A stretch of 64,000 nt of DNA from Octopus vulgaris (GCA_951406725.2 OX597838.1:43896001-43960000); one strand, 5' to 3'. Counted from the stretch's first letter, positions 12,072 through 30,129 are shown. Numbers and translations: made by a program. Notes: generated from the sequence alone by a model not told the origin.

Positions 12072-12165
12072 TTCTTTTATAGATATAGATATCTATATGT
12101 ATATATGTGTATGTATGTATCTATTTATGTATGTATTCATGTGTATGTGTGTGTATATATATATG

Positions 12166-12209
<44 letters not shown>

Positions 12210-13776
12210 CAAATATGTACATAAAAAAGAGAAAAATCACTGTCTGTCCCAAAAATAACAAACCTTGATACTTCCACTGAGGTAGTTTTCTCGGCACGAG
12301 GAAATTCTTATAGATTTTTATCAACTCTAAAATAGATTATGACAGGATATTCTTTGTAATAGATTTTGTGCTCGTAATTTCCCCAAATGTGTGGACAAAA
12401 TCCCTTAGTTATATTCTAGTGTAGTAAGCTTTCGTAGGGTTTCAAGAACCCATTTATCTGGCCGTCATCGATGCCCCTTGCTTTCCATTGCAGTTTGTTT
12501 GGTAATTATGACAATTGTTGGATTGATTTCCGGTGCTTTTGATAATTACACGAGTTTTCTTCACGTAGCTTTAGATTGTAGTGAAAAAAGATGAAGAATT
12601 AAGGGATAGAGTAAACTTTTTTCGTGACAGTTTTTTTATCATCAGAAAAGCAAGGAAAATAAACAGAGCCTCAGCTTGGCTGGCGTCACTGTGTTTCTGT
12701 GTCAAACTTGCTTCAAAACTTATAAAAATTAGAATGATTCATGTTCAGTTTGGATTGTTGAAAACTGAACAGATGGTAACGGCAGGTATGATTAATTCTG
12801 AGTAAAACAGATGAAATCATGAGGAAGATGGGAAACTGCTTAGCTCACGATCTGCCGTGCAGGACACAGAAGAACTATGTGAGTCCAGATCACTGGATTT
12901 ATGCAGGGAAATTATAAGTTTTACATGTGGAGCAGTTAACGTGGAACAAACATGTTTTAAGTGGAAGAAGTAAAAAATGTAAGAGGATGACGGTTACACG
13001 GGGGAAGCGTTTATCTATTATTCATGGGATGAAGAAAAGGTTTACGCGAGTTAGGTATAAGGCTTACGTGGTGTGGTAACAGCCATCACGTAGGAAAATC
13101 GTAAGGGTTACATCGGAAAATCATACTCAGTAAGTGGGTAAAAATAAATACGGTATGAAAGGAGCAAAAGGTTTATATGGTAGGAATATAATTTATAGAG
13201 GTACTTTGACCTTAGTAATGCAGGCTTAGCATTCTGAAATAGGAATTCTCTATAAGAAATTGTATGACATTAAAGAAATTTCAACTCTTATTTCTAGTAC
13301 AGCCAAAGAACCCATAGAAGCATTGTTGTTTAGTAATCTCTTTGTAGTAGTTCAAGATTATGTCAAATTGAAGGATTATAATATCTCCTTCTCCACATAT
13401 ATACTGTAGAGTTTTTATGGTTATTGTTTTATCCCAGGTCAGCCATGAGCAAATATATCGTATCTATGATTGTGTTGCGCAATATTCGCAATTCAAAATA
13501 TATTTCGCTTCTATTTCTTGCAGTTCCAGCGACCGCCTAGAAATTGACTTTGCGTCATTGTAAATGTCACGCCTGGCGAATAAGTGGAGCGAAAATAGCT
13601 CAACAGAAAATCGAACCTGTGTGAAAAATTCGTTCTGACTGGTGTCTCTCATCGATTGTCAACAGGTTGTATTGTAAATAGATATGGGATTACACACACA
13701 CACAATCGCACAAAACTTACCCATACATACACATATACGCACAGAAATGCGCGCACACACATGGTCACACTATATA

Positions 13777-13842
<66 letters not shown>

Positions 13843-14025
13843 GCATCATATGCAAATATACGCCCACAATTCTACATATTTGCATACATGTTCGCATACT
13901 CACGAACTGCTATTCTTGTATCGGTACTCGCCTATACATAACTATATATTTTCATACATACGTACGTACACATATACATAAGCAAACATGCGCGAGAGCG
14001 CACATGCACGTATTTTGTTTGCGTG

Positions 14026-14106
<81 letters not shown>

Positions 14107-16454
14107 CTATACATAAACACGCGCAAGCAGATATACATCATCGACACCTGCACATTTTTAATAAATAAATATAGAAATGTTGTTAAACAACTTCATCAGT
14201 GCAGCAATATTATAACAACACGGAAAGATGAAAAATCTGAAGATGTATTTTCTAATCTTCGACCAAACAAACAAAAATAAAAGAAAGAAAAAAGAAAACA
14301 AAGAATTTATGATAGGAATAAAATAGGAGAACATTAATAAAAGCCAATTAGGTAAAAATTACTTTCTCACTCTTGAAATACCAAAATGGAATTATTCTCA
14401 TGTACAACTCTTTGACAGGTGTCAAAAATTCTTCTGCTGGAAGAGAAGTTTAATACTCTCTCAGGTGCTTGTATAAGAATAGTACAACATCAGTCAAAGA
14501 AACACATCCATGGAGAATCTTCTACGAGGTCGTTCGATATTGCTTGAAACGTAAGCCAAATCCGCCTCGAATGACACTGTACCGACTTTGAGAAAGTTAG
14601 GAAAAGAAAACAGAAAGACAAATGAAAGATGAAAGGAAATGTCATTATATTACAGTCCATTCCTCTCAACTTGTCCTCTCCCGCTGCAATGGGGATCCAC
14701 TTAAGATTTTGTTGTGAAAATTTACTTGCAATAAATTGTTTCTAAATCGACAGCGAAATATTTTATCAATTCTTTTTCATACAATTCCGAATGATATTTA
14801 TAAAAATATAATGGGACCGTTTTTAAAACATCAAATGTTTATTAAGGTCCAGAAGAGTAAAATAAGAATCGAAAGGTTTCCACAGATAAAAACTGGTTGC
14901 GAACAATTGTTATAGTTTAATCTAAAACAGTGAGCTGTTGCAATCGTTGGCACGCTGGACAAAATGCATAGCGCCGTTTCGCCCGATTTTACGTTCTGAT
15001 TTCAATTTCCGCCGAGGTCAGCTTTACCTTTCATCTTTTCGTAGGTCGATAAAATAAGTACCAGTTGAACATTGGGGGTCGATGTAATCGACTTTCTCCT
15101 TCCGCCCGAAATTGCTGGCCTTGTGCCAACATTCCAAACTGTTGTATTATGGCTGATTTTTAATTTTTGCCTTTATGAAAAATGTGGCTCATTTGTATCA
15201 CTTGTGATCGTGGATCAACTCGGTCAGTTTTGGTTTATGGGTCAAATACAATGAAAGCAAAGAGACAAAACAAAAGGAAACAAATAAAAATCCATCAATA
15301 ATAACGCTTAGAGCATACGATGAAGCAAAGAAGCTTTAATACGCTTGCTTGACCTGCAGAGAGAGTTACAAGAAATACCTCTCAAACCCGACTCTATTTC
15401 CTTTCACCTCTTTTGAAAAATGAAGGACACGCTGGATAACGTTGTTCTTAGTCCACAACTAGAAAAATGTATGAGATTAGAATGTCAGAATGTACTGAGG
15501 TGAGACCAAAGTTTCAAGGTATTTAGTCCAAGGCTAAGGATTCTGGCTAATCAAGCTCGTTTATTAACTGAAATTACTGTTAGACACATTTTTTGGACAT
15601 TGAACGCATTACTATTCTGAAATTGAATCCCCCACCCACAAAAAGATCTAGCTATGTGTTCTGGTATTTTTGGTCATTAAACTGACCTGAGTTTGATATT
15701 GCAAGAGCCGAGCCGACCTACCACCTTTCTAATCTGGATAGAAGGTCTTTTAGTGTCACTGATGCAACGTTCATAACTCATTTAGCATAACTCATCGAAC
15801 GGTCATAACACATTTAGTAAAAAAACAAAACAACAAAAAACACACTACAACAACAAACACTGCGTAGAATATTTTCTATCACTGGAAGAACAGAAAGCAA
15901 ATGAAGAAAAGATCCAACAACAGTGGATATTTTTACTTCAATATTTTGGATCGATTTAAAAAAACTAGAAACGGTTTCTTGATTCACAAAATCACGAAAT
16001 CCAACGAAGCTCCTTTTGATGTGATGCCAAACGAGCTCCTGATTTCTTGCTGGAAGATTTAATTCCTTTTCTATGAGATAACACTTTTGATCTCCAAATT
16101 TAATAGATTATCTATTTTGGAATTTTACGAATCCCATGCAGATACTGAAAAACACAAACTTTTGAAGAATCGACACATGGCTATCTCAATCAGCGTTTAC
16201 TGCCTCTTACCAATGTGAACAGTTTTTCTTAGTATTAAATTTTGTCGAGATCCATTTGCAAATCATGAATTACCTCATCATCAGTTCCAAGAAGCATTTC
16301 TGACTTTTCCAAAAGTAAGTAAAACCCATGATTTCATTGCGATTCAAGAAGATGTTTAAATATTACATCACGTAGCGTATTCACTGCTTCAGTATTAAAA
16401 CCAATATAACTTAATTAATGAACACAATACATACATGCATACATACACATATAC

Positions 16455-16506
<52 letters not shown>

Positions 16507-16517
16507 ACACACACATT

Positions 16518-16561
<44 letters not shown>

Positions 16562-16658
16562 CATATATATGGTTATATATGTATATATGGATATATACAT
16601 ATACATAAATGCGCATATATAAAGGCATGTATATATATGCATCTTTCTCTCTCTCTCT

Positions 16659-16712
<54 letters not shown>

Positions 16713-16733
16713 GCATATATATATATACATATG

Positions 16734-16792
<59 letters not shown>

Positions 16793-16809
16793 GATCCATG
16801 AGAAGTTAT

Positions 16810-17590
16810 ATAACTTCAAATTATGAGCCACTAAATCGCAATCATCTGCATTTCAGAAACCACGAATAAGAGACTGGATATCTTTCCCTTAAGTTGAAGA
16901 GATTACCAAATATTCGTTGTCTCACATGTATCCTAGAAAGTCAATCCACCGTTATAACATAAGCGAGAGTAGCAGCGAATTTCAAAATAGAGTTAGAGCA
17001 AAGATTTCGCCTTGTTTGACACCTTATCATCACCGACATTTACCCTTGCCTCCACCCCTCTTTGATTATCGATACAATGTGACCCTCTCAACCAGGGTTG
17101 CCGAGTGTTTTACAGAGTGAGATCTTATTCACAGTGTCGAAGGCTTTGTTGACATCAGCGAAAACCTGGGCAGAATCTATATTCTGCTTATAGCACTTAT
17201 CCTGCATCTGTATTACGGAAGCTGCTCTGTGATTCACACAGGACGTCATTTACGAGGTATTTATTGATGCGGGTAAGAAAACTTCTTGCGAGAATCTTGC
17301 CAGCCGCTGACAGTGGAGCTGTACCTCTAGGGTCGCTACATTTACTTTGACCCTCTTTTATAGAAAGGAAGAATAACTGTATCGTTCAGGTCCTTGAGCA
17401 TAGCACCATCCTTCCTGACTTCACTAATAAACTCGTGAAAACTGTGTGATATGACCACTGCCGGAGCGCGAGATGTCCGCGCCAATTCCATCTTTACCAG
17501 ATGTTTTACCATGATTCAATTTACTTATTGCTATTATTACCTTGTCTATTAAAGGGTCAGATTCTAAAGATGTGACGAAAGGTCTTTTTT
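16810..17590 (-). pseudogene. Decayed RTE-clade reverse transcriptase, N-terminal part (inverted segment)
   Basis: Minus-strand motifs AISKLNHGKTSGKDGI, RGTAPLSAAGKILAR, FADVNKAFDTVN, GVKQGEIFALTLF, NADDCDLVAH. Confidence 0.8.
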
Positions 17591-17599
17591 GAAAAGTGA

Positions 17600-18270
17600 C
17601 GATTACAGCCAACCGTTCTTGCTCCTCTGGTGATGGAATATCTCTAACTTTTCAGAAAGCAACTGATATATTTAGGGCTCTAGAGTTCTGTGTATGGTCC
17701 AAACATGGCGTCACAAGCCTAAAAAGTTTTTGTTATGTTACCTGCACGCGCGTGAGCGTGCTGACGTCGCCCCTATAATCATGTGAGACATGGACACTTT
17801 ATAAGTATCCTGTAGGTGTCCTTGAACACCTCTATTAGAGATGTCTTGAAGGGAACCAACATCCGGAGCACTGAGGCGACAGTGCTGAAGCACCATTTAC
17901 GGTAGACCGGATGATTTGTTCAGATGAATGATCGGAGGATTCCCTAAGCAGACGGCGAACTTGTTCGGGTAAAGTGTCCCAAGCAGAAACTAGAAACGAA
18001 GACTACACTTTAAGAATTGTGTAAAATCCTCGTTGAAGGCCTGTAAGATATGTAAGGTTGATTGGGAAAACGATGTGTGTCATCATCATTAACTGAGGAA
18101 ACTAGTAATGGGAGAGGTGGGCAATTTTGGAAAAAGTGCATTGTCACGCAGAATTTAAGTGATATGCTCGAAAACGCACCGCCAGGGGGAGATTAGTCGG
18201 CAATATCTGCAGACGAATATGTTTATTAAGAACTAAGCTCAATAATCACAAGCGGAACCAAAGTGTTTGA
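17600..18270 (+). pseudogene. Decayed RTE-clade RT, C-terminal part
   Basis: KATDIFRALEFCVW, CETWTLY, RRIPK motifs across frameshifts. Confidence 0.7.
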
Positions 18271-20571
18271 GTATAGAATGTTCTTAAAAGTTATTAGTGA
18301 TTTTCTTCGGTAAATCGTGGAATGGCGTCGGACAACGTTCACAAGGATTTTACGCCATTAAACCTGTCCCAGTTTAAATTTCAAGTCTGGGACAAATTTT
18401 GTCGGTTTCTATTTTATAGAACCGCTATATTCTGCGTTATAAACTTAAGCAGAGACACAAACACATAAACATACATATGAATATATGCGTACGAGTTTAT
18501 GTGTGTGTCTGTGTGTGTGTGTGTGCCTGGGTGGTGTGTATGAACTGCCCCGATAAATAAATTAATATAAATCACAGTAGTAAATTTAAAATGTTCCTAT
18601 AAATATATAATTTTATTTACTACGGCTAAGTGATAAGTTTATGCACATTGGGAATTATTACACTTTATGTTTATTCCTCCAAGATAACATCGATTTTTCT
18701 TTACCATGTGTTTCCTGAAGACGTGTAGAAAAAATTTCGTTCCAATAAATTTCATGTTGTTTATTATCGTTCTATATACGTATTCGATATTGACATTTTA
18801 AGTTTCCTATCCATTTTAGGTTTCATGGCTCACAAAAAAGAGTAATCCTTCGTCCCTATCCAAATATCATGTGCTCATTAAATGCAGGACACATGCATCC
18901 AGAGCAACAAAAATTACCAACACGGAGAATTATACATTCATATATCCACATATATATTTACCTACCTCCAAGTCCAAATGTCAAACCCACATTTTTCTTC
19001 TCGCTATCATCTCGGATTGAGAGCGCTATGCGCAAAATGATAAATAGCACATTATGTACAGTAAAGAAGTATCTTCAAATTCTCATTGATTTGATTTTGT
19101 TAATGTAAACTATCCCCAGTTACATTGAATTCAAAGTTTTATCCTTGTAAAAGAGTTAATAAAAATAACGAATGGTTTGTATCACTTAGTAAAACGAGGT
19201 CTGTGTGAAATTAAAAGTAGGCTTTAAAATTAAGAACGGGTTTTAGCATTAAGTAAAACAAAGACTCTTTGAAATCAGAAGATGTGTGTTCAGTAGATAA
19301 GGAAATAAATGTTAAATAATATTTAAAATGGTAAAATTTAATTGAAAACTTCAGTTCAGTGACTATTATTAATTTGATCTTAAAGCATACATGGTGACAA
19401 CTACGTACATGGTTCGACTTTATTCCAGCTCTTCGGTGAAATAACTCCTTGCAATGCTTGCCAGACCTAGTCACACTTGATCAATATACAGATATACAAG
19501 AAATATACACGAATTGGCCCCAAAGTTCCACATGATAACTGAGAGAATTTATTTAGGGACGCCATCTATGTTTTTATAATTAAGTACGTGTGCCGACATG
19601 CTTAACAGAATGAGGAAATCAAAATTGCGTTTAATTAAAATTTCTGTTACACAATGAAATAAAACATAAGCTTAGTGACTAATGGTACACAGCTTAGTGA
19701 CTAATGGTACACAAATGTAGACAAAGAGAATGGAACAAAAGGGAAAAAAAACCCATAAAACTTATTCTGGTTAACTGGGTAAAAATAAAACCCGAACATT
19801 TTAGGCAATTTGACAAAAAATGTCAGCTTCTGTGTTCTTTTGGACAAGTTTCAATACAGCGTTCTTATAAATTCTATTCACAAAGATTTTGTCGATTCGA
19901 TGCTTTGTGACAAAACTCGTGTCAGAGGGGATCACGCCGTGCGATTGAGCCTCACCAAAACGATATGCTTGTGAAGGGAAATGCTTAAACATACACCACT
20001 GCATGCAAAACAGATTTCGTGAATCATTGTTTCGAGTTTCGAGGTTCAATAAGCATTGGTTTGTGTTCTTTCTGTTTTATTGAAGGGACATTTTTTTATA
20101 CGCTTTGAATATATTAATTAACTTGGTTGATTGATTAAAGTACTGTCTTAATGAAAGTAAGGACTAGCAATAAAAAAAGTTTACCAATAAGATACATAAA
20201 TCGATCAGTTTAATTGACAGTATAATCAAACACTCTAAATTATGTACAATACTCTTTGAACTGATGTATTAATTATTTATTACATTGTATTCAATTTATA
20301 TTTTATTCCAGTCATCATGCTGCTTCCTGGAAAAGGCTCATAACTCTGTTCACTTCAGTAACCTGGGTTTACATTAATTACTTTTTCCGGAAAAGTCCAA
20401 TTAGAGAAGCTCTTTGTATGTAACATGCACTCATACGAAAACAAAACAAAAAGAGGCAATAAAACCCACCACTCATGGGAACAGGGATAAACGGGTTTAA
20501 AATAATAAAAACAAATGTTTCATTCAGCTTGATATCTGTTTTTTGATCGGGAAAATATGTTGAAGAAATGG

Positions 20572-21055
20572 GTAGGCCTATTGATGGCTGTGTGGTAAGA
20601 AGTTTGCTTCCCAACCACCTGGTTCCAAGTTCAGTCCCACTGCATCGCTCATTGGGAAAGTGTCTTCTAAGATAGCCTAGGGCCGACCAAAGCCTTATGA
20701 GTGGATATCAACGGGATCACCGAGACCGACCAGGCTATCAGATGTTGCTACACATCACTGATCACAATGCGCTTCGCATTGTTTTAGACGACACCACCCC
20801 GCTGGCTAAGCGAGCAGGCCAACAGAAGAAAGAGTGAGAGAAGATTGTGGCGAAAAAGTACAGCAGGGATCGCCACCACCCCCTGCCGGAGCGTCGTGGA
20901 GCATTGGGTATTTTTGCTCAATAAACACTCTCGACGCCCGGTCTGGGAATCGAAACCGTGATCCTACAACCGCGAGTCCTCTGCCTTAACCACTGGGCCA
21001 TTATGCCTCCACATGAGTGGATATAGTAGACGGAAACTGTAAAACGCCCATCGTA
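20572..21055 (+). mobile_element. SINE A interrupted by an antisense SINE B (20709-21012)
   Basis: 12-bp TSD atgagtggatat at 20697-20708 and 21013-21024. Confidence 0.8.
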
Positions 21056-21974
21056 TATATATATATAATAGAAATATGTTACAAAAAGAAAATAGAAACT
21101 ACACGTGGAAATGTAAGGGGAAAGTAAGAAGAAAAAAAGCGAAAATGCAGATTGGAAATCAAAACAAAATAAGGGCTTTTTATGAAAAGTAACGATAGAT
21201 ATATACAATTGGATGAACTGAGCTAGGAGTAAAAGTAATAAAAGTCATTACTGTGAATTATTAAAGTGATTTAAAAGCATACGCGGCTCCGGCAGAAGGT
21301 AATGGCGATCTTCTGCTGACTCTTTCGCCACAACTTTCACTCTTTCCTCCTGATCTTGCAGCTCACCTGCGACGGACCGGCGGCGTCCCGTCCAGGTGGG
21401 GAACCTATACGCCAAGAAACCGGGAAACCAGCCCCTATGAGCCAGGCATGGCTCGAGAAGGAACAAACAACAAATATTTGTGATGTACATTATCTAATTC
21501 TCTCACCTATCAACTTCGACGTTGCTTGTATAGATGCACGGTGTATTATATGTCGTCAATTGTTGAAGTGATCGCAAGGTCACGTGATCTGAAGTGTTTT
21601 GCTGAATAAAGAACGCAATATAATTCCTGGTCCAAAAACTGAACCCACGATCTCACGATCGTGAATGCAACACTCTGACCAGTTTTTCATTTATTATATT
21701 TACGTTGGAGAAATATCATTTTTGTGACGCAGACAATGGCTGCTTCGCGCAGATTTTGACGAGCGAATGAGGCCGCCGTTCTTAGGTTATGATCCAAGCC
21801 ACAAGAATGGGCAGATGCAGTCTCACTAACGCTCTTCTCTCATGAATTGGTAAAAGAATCATTTATAAATTATTGACTCGTAAGATTTCTTAAAAAGGAA
21901 GAACTAGACTGGAATAAATTGGGGAAGGAGGGGGGTCTTGCTACTGGATCCCGAACCGACCTAGGGTTAAACAT

Positions 21975-22217
21975 CATTACCATCGCCATCGTCGTCACCG
22001 TAGGCATTATTGTCATCGTCATCGTCATCGTCGTTGTCGTCGTCGTCGTCATCATCATCATCATTATCATCATCATTAGCGTCGTAGGCGTCCTCATTGT
22101 CATCCCCCTCCGTCTCCTCAGCGTTATCGCAGTCGTCATCATAGTCGTAACAGGAGCATTAACAAATACGACACCACCACCACCACCACCACCACCACCA
22201 CCACCACCACCACCACC

Positions 22218-22269
<52 letters not shown>

Positions 22270-22643
22270 GCAACAACTAGACGCTCTACTATTTGTTTTT
22301 CTTTTCCTTTTTAATATTTTTTTAATCTATTTTCTATTTTATTAATTTCTCTTCTGTATTTCTTTTCTCTCTCTCTCTAATCCACCCTGATAGCTTGATT
22401 TAGAAGGACAATCTCAAGACGTAGTATCTATTGTTACACCGCTAAGTCTATGGATTATTATGGCAGACTCAGAAAGAAAGAGAAACATTACAAGATAATA
22501 CGAAGAACGGCGAATAGAATTCCAGACAATCAGCTGCAGTAAAACTTCTTTTCAATATTCGCCCAGTTTCTTTATCTTTATCTTCCTCAATTCAGTTTAT
22601 AGAATTTTTCTTTTGGTTTAGTATTTATTTTTGCATTTCCTCA

Positions 22644-22716
<73 letters not shown>

Positions 22717-23375
22717 TTTAATGTTATTATTATTGTTATTTTTAATGTTATTATTATTGTTATTTTTTTGTTTTCTTTGCTATTCTTCGACAACAAAAAT
22801 TATTACATCTGCGACAAACAGAACAAGGCTAAAAAGGAAAAGGAAAATAAAAACAATATGGCGAGTAACTAAATCTACGAACGCCAGGGCAATAAACAAG
22901 ATGAAGCTATTGATCCTATGGGAGTTAATCGATAGTCAACCCGACTAATTAGTGTTATTTTTGTTTTTCTTTTCCTTCATAACACCTAACATCGTCGTCG
23001 TTATCATCACCACCACCTACACTTTCATCAACATCGTCATCATCATCATGGCCACCGTCATCATCGTCATCGTCATCGTCATCATTATCGACACCATCAT
23101 CATCACTACAGCCACTGTCCCCATCACCACCACCATCATCTTCCCCTCCTCGCTTCCCGTCGTCATTCTCAATACAAATATTAGTATTTTGAGCCTAAAG
23201 GAGGAAGGTTTCTTTCTTCTTCTTCTTCTTCTTCTTCTTCTTCTTCTTCTTCTTCTTCTTCTTCTTCTTCTTCTTCTTCTTCTTCTTCTTCTTCTTCTTC
23301 TTCTTCTTCTTCTTCTTCTTTTCCGCGCAGGCCGACTTTACCTTTCATCCTTTCGGGGTCGATAAACTAAGTACC

Positions 23376-23445
<70 letters not shown>

Positions 23446-23460
23446 TATTATTATTATTAT
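21975..23460. repeat. Trinucleotide microsatellite cluster (CAT/CGT, CAC, CAA, TAT, CTT, TAA)
   Basis: Directly visible tandem repeats. Confidence 0.9.
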
Positions 23461-25487
23461 TGAGTGAGAGAGCAGTACATGCCATCAAAGTGACACTGGG
23501 GTAACATATACGAAGTCCAGTATACCCATTATGACTACCCGTCTGATAAGGGTACACTAGGCACATGCACCACAACCATATGTGCGCGACATGGTGATAT
23601 CATACTAAGATAAACAGCACATGACCTTGTAGGTGGGGCCCAGTTAGAATTTTCTTCTGGTCGAGTAACCAATTCTGCTCAAAAGGTCCCTGAATAAGGG
23701 TTGTTTGTACTGCGGGTTTGTACTGTCTGTCATGTCAAAACAATCACTCCAGACTGACAGTTATTTACGCAATATGCGTGCAGTTCCAGGTAATGTCGAC
23801 TTCTGTAATGTATCTAGATTATAGGGTATATCTAAAGTTTCCAGATATTTCTTTAGATTGGGTAGTATTGATCCAAATGCTCCGATAATAACAGGGACAA
23901 CCTTTATGCTTAACTCTCGTAGCTGCTACATCTTAGTAATCTCAATTCTCGGGTCTCCATATTTATCAATCTTTTCTCTTTCTTTCATGATAATATATTG
24001 ATCTCCTGGCACTACCACGTCGATTATTAGGTACTCTTGTTTGCCCCTTCTAAAGGTTACTATGTCCGGTCTTCGGTCTTCTGACACCTTTTCAGTCTGG
24101 AAGGTAAAAATCTCAGAGGATTCTTACCTTCCTTTTTACCTTATGTTGGTACCAAGCACCCGCTACTTAGTATCCATACTTCCGGCATGGTAGCCAGTGA
24201 AGGTTTTGTACTAATTTGTCATGTCTGTGTTTCTACTCTATCTGCGCAAGATTTTCACAGGCACTAACAATATGTCACGCGTTCGACCCTCTCACCACAT
24301 ATTCTGCAGAGGTTCATTTCACTTGTGTGGTATATGCCCCTTTTCACTGAGCTGGTATTCAATGTCTGATCCTGGGCACTCTTCCTGTAGAGCTTTTATA
24401 CCTCTTCCTGTAGTACGTTTGCCTTAGGGTGTAGGGCACCATGGATTGTCATTGTTTTTCAGGTAGTGAGATCGAGTTGGTTGATCTCTGCACGTGCTCA
24501 TTTCAGAATGGGTTCACAATAGCAACTGTCGTTATGTTGATGACTGTCACAATAGCAACGGTCGTTATGTTGATGACTGTCACAAGGTTCCTTGAGTTGA
24601 GTTTTGATTTCAAGAGAAGTTTGAGGCTTGATGAATATGCTTGATGAATTTGTCTTTCATTTCGCTGGGCAAAATATTGTCCAGTTCCAGGATCCGAAAG
24701 TACTTGTACCCAGCTTCATCCGGTTCTTCCATTCTCTTTCCGTTTGGCAATTCTAAGCCCATACAATCTGCTCTTTTCCCTCGTTTCAAAGTGAGCACCG
24801 CACAATTCGAGATACCAAATTCCATCCTTATATCCTTGCTGCACATCTGTACAGTCTCAACCAGCCTCTCCATTCCAGGCTCTGTTTTTGCGAACCGTCT
24901 TAAATCATCCAGGTGGTTGAGATGAGGTCCATTCTTTTTCATCTCATAGTGCGCGTTGGCTTTGCGTTGGACTACAGAAAGTGGGACCAAACTATAACAA
25001 ATAACAAAGATGAACAAGAGTCTCCCTGTAAGACACCTCATTTGATTGTTATCTCGGCTAAGTGTTGTTCTTAATCAGTGTACACACGCTCTCAGCTATT
25101 CCACGCATGTCGAGTGTTTCCAAGTCCAGGAATGCGGCCACATGTAGTAACCCATTTTAAATTCTATCCAGGCCATGCAGAAACTTTTTTATAGTACCGT
25201 TTGCAGTTTTTCATTACAACCTTGTCTATAACAAGGCGGTCTTTGGTGCCTTAGGATCCATTTTGTTCTACTGGAGGTAGACTGTTTTCCGCAAGCAACG
25301 TATATATTTTCCTTGCGAGGAAGCCTGTTCACACTTTCCATAAGGCATGCAATGGCTCAGTAATTGCCAACTTTGTTGCCCTTTGACAGATCGTTCATCA
25401 ACAATGGTGTCTTTCTCTCTTCAATCCACTGCGAAACTGTACTACTCTGTAGTCAAGTGTCTAATTTCAATGCAATTCACTTGTGTG
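23461..25487 (-). mobile_element. Decayed 5'-truncated R4/Dong-type LINE (copy 1), with the shared 3'-end repeat at 23461-23705
   Basis: HLNHLDDLRRFAK, DIRMEFGISNC, YKYF and GTARILRK* on minus strand; bounded by (TAA)n. Confidence 0.75.
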
Positions 25488-25514
25488 TTATTATTATTAT
25501 TATTATTATTATTA

Positions 25515-25545
<31 letters not shown>

Positions 25546-25790
25546 AAAAGGAGAAAGGGGCTCTCTACCCCACTTTGACCAGGCTCCCGTGGCTTTTATG
25601 GGTTTTTCCTCGAGTAACCTTTCGAAGCGCCTTCCCCTATTGGGAATTTCAATTATTATATTTTCGTTGTTATCTCTGGAATTTTTACACGGTTTTTTGC
25701 AAACGGACCAAACCCTTTGTAACTTTCGTCCTGTGTTTTGTCCCTTTATGTTATAATTAATTTTTGTCAGCCCTTGTGGCCAATAAACGA
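25546..25790 (+). mobile_element. Possible 3' end of an L1/Tx1-like LINE
   Basis: T-rich UTR-like stretch ending cagcccttgtggccaataaa, loosely like the end at 55410-55450; no coding evidence. Confidence 0.3.
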
Positions 25791-25869
25791 ATTAATTATT
25801 ATTATTGTTATTATTACTATGATTATTATTGTTATTGTTGCTGCTGTTTGTTTGTTTGTTTGTTGTTTG

Positions 25870-26218
25870 TTGAGCGAACCGGTCATCGTCCGGTAGTGGG
25901 AGAAGTCCGAAACGTGGTTCTTTGCTATTCGTAAGACCCGCAGAAGAGAAAGCAGATCAACCCACTGACATCGAGAGCATCGGCGGATGGACGAATGCGC
26001 ATCCAAGCTCAGCGGTTGCGTAGGAAGTCGAGGACAAGAAACAAGAAGAAAGAGTGAGAGAAAGTACAACAGGGGTCGCCACCATCCCCTGCCAGAGCCT
26101 CGTGGAGCTTTAGGTGTTTTCGCTCAATAAACACACACAACACCCGGTCTGGGAATCGAAACCGCGATCCTGCGACCGCGAGTCCGCTGCCCTAACCACT
26201 GGGCCATTGCGCCTCCAC
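25870..26218 (-). mobile_element. tRNA-derived SINE family B
   Basis: Reverse-complement homolog of 4414-4783. Confidence 0.8.
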
Positions 26219-26369
26219 TGCTGCTGCTGTTGTTGTTATCCGCGGAAGTGGACCTTGCCTTTCGTCCCTTTTGGGTCAATGAAATAAGTACCAGTTAGAT
26301 ACTGTGGTCGAGGTAAGTGATTTCACCCTCCTCTCAAAAACAGCTGCCCTTGTGCCATAATTTGTAACT

Positions 26370-26370
<1 letters not shown>

Positions 26371-26437
<67 letters not shown>

Positions 26438-26499
26438 GCTATTATTATTATTGCTATCATTATTATTATTATCATTATTATTATTATTATTATTATTGC

Positions 26500-26532
<33 letters not shown>

Positions 26533-26570
26533 CATTATTATAATTATTATTATTATTATTATTATCATTA

Positions 26571-26652
<82 letters not shown>

Positions 26653-26716
26653 TATTGCTATTATTATTATTATTATTATCATTATTATAATTATTATTAT
26701 TATTATCATTATTATT

Positions 26717-26769
<53 letters not shown>

Positions 26770-26801
26770 TATTGCTATTATTATTATTATTATTATTATT
26801 A

Positions 26802-26847
<46 letters not shown>

Positions 26848-26861
26848 CATTATTATTATTA

Positions 26862-26910
<49 letters not shown>

Positions 26911-26942
26911 TATTGCTATTATTATTATTATTATTATTATTA

Positions 26943-27000
<58 letters not shown>
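26371..27000. repeat. Compound (TAT)n array; continues at 29909-30228 and 31906-32672
   Basis: Visible; recurrent interruption aatgttattgct. Confidence 0.95.
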
Positions 27001-27001
<1 letters not shown>

Positions 27002-27465
27002 GAGTGAGAGAGCAGTTCATGCCATCAAAGTGACACTGGGGTAAAATATACGAAGCCCAATATACCCATCATGACTACCCGTCTGATAAAGGTACACCAG
27101 GCACATGCATCACAACCATATGTGCGCGACATGGTGATCTCATATCAAGATAAACAGCACATGACCTTGCAGGTGGGGCCCAGTTAGAATTTTCTTCAGG
27201 TTGAGTAGCCCATCCCGCTCAAACGGTCCCTGAATAAGGGTTGCTTAAGGATGTTGAAAGAACCACCCATGTTTCCAGAGGTGAACTATTCAAACCCCAA
27301 AGAATCCCTCTCAACACATGGCTATGATGCTCCCCCACTACTTCTGCTCGTGATCAGAGATGCACATATCGTCAGCCACTAAGGGACATGCTCAACTAGT
27401 TAAGGTCAAACAACTGACAAGCAAATCTGTGGTATTGAGCAGAATATTTGCTGTAGCCCATCTTT
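27001..27465 (-). mobile_element. Non-coding 3'-end repeat anchored on (TAA)n (Dong-type 3' UTR or dependent SINE)
   Basis: Closely similar to 23461-23705; same end abuts (TAT)n in both copies. Confidence 0.65.
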
Positions 27466-27478
27466 TATTATTATTATT

Positions 27479-30090
<2,612 letters not shown>

Positions 30091-30096
30091 TATTGC

Positions 30097-30129
<33 letters not shown>

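Noticed and set aside
12540-13300. Possible decayed PLE GIY-YIG remnant on minus strand (CSTC, EALFI)
   Set aside because: Too degenerate to support without a profile search
18709-18800. CTGAAGA followed by a long hairpin
   Set aside because: No GAAA/UH after the helix; at best a decayed HHR
19669-19712. Short tandem duplications (also ~24514-24583)
   Set aside because: Two-copy local duplications without spacers; not CRISPR-like
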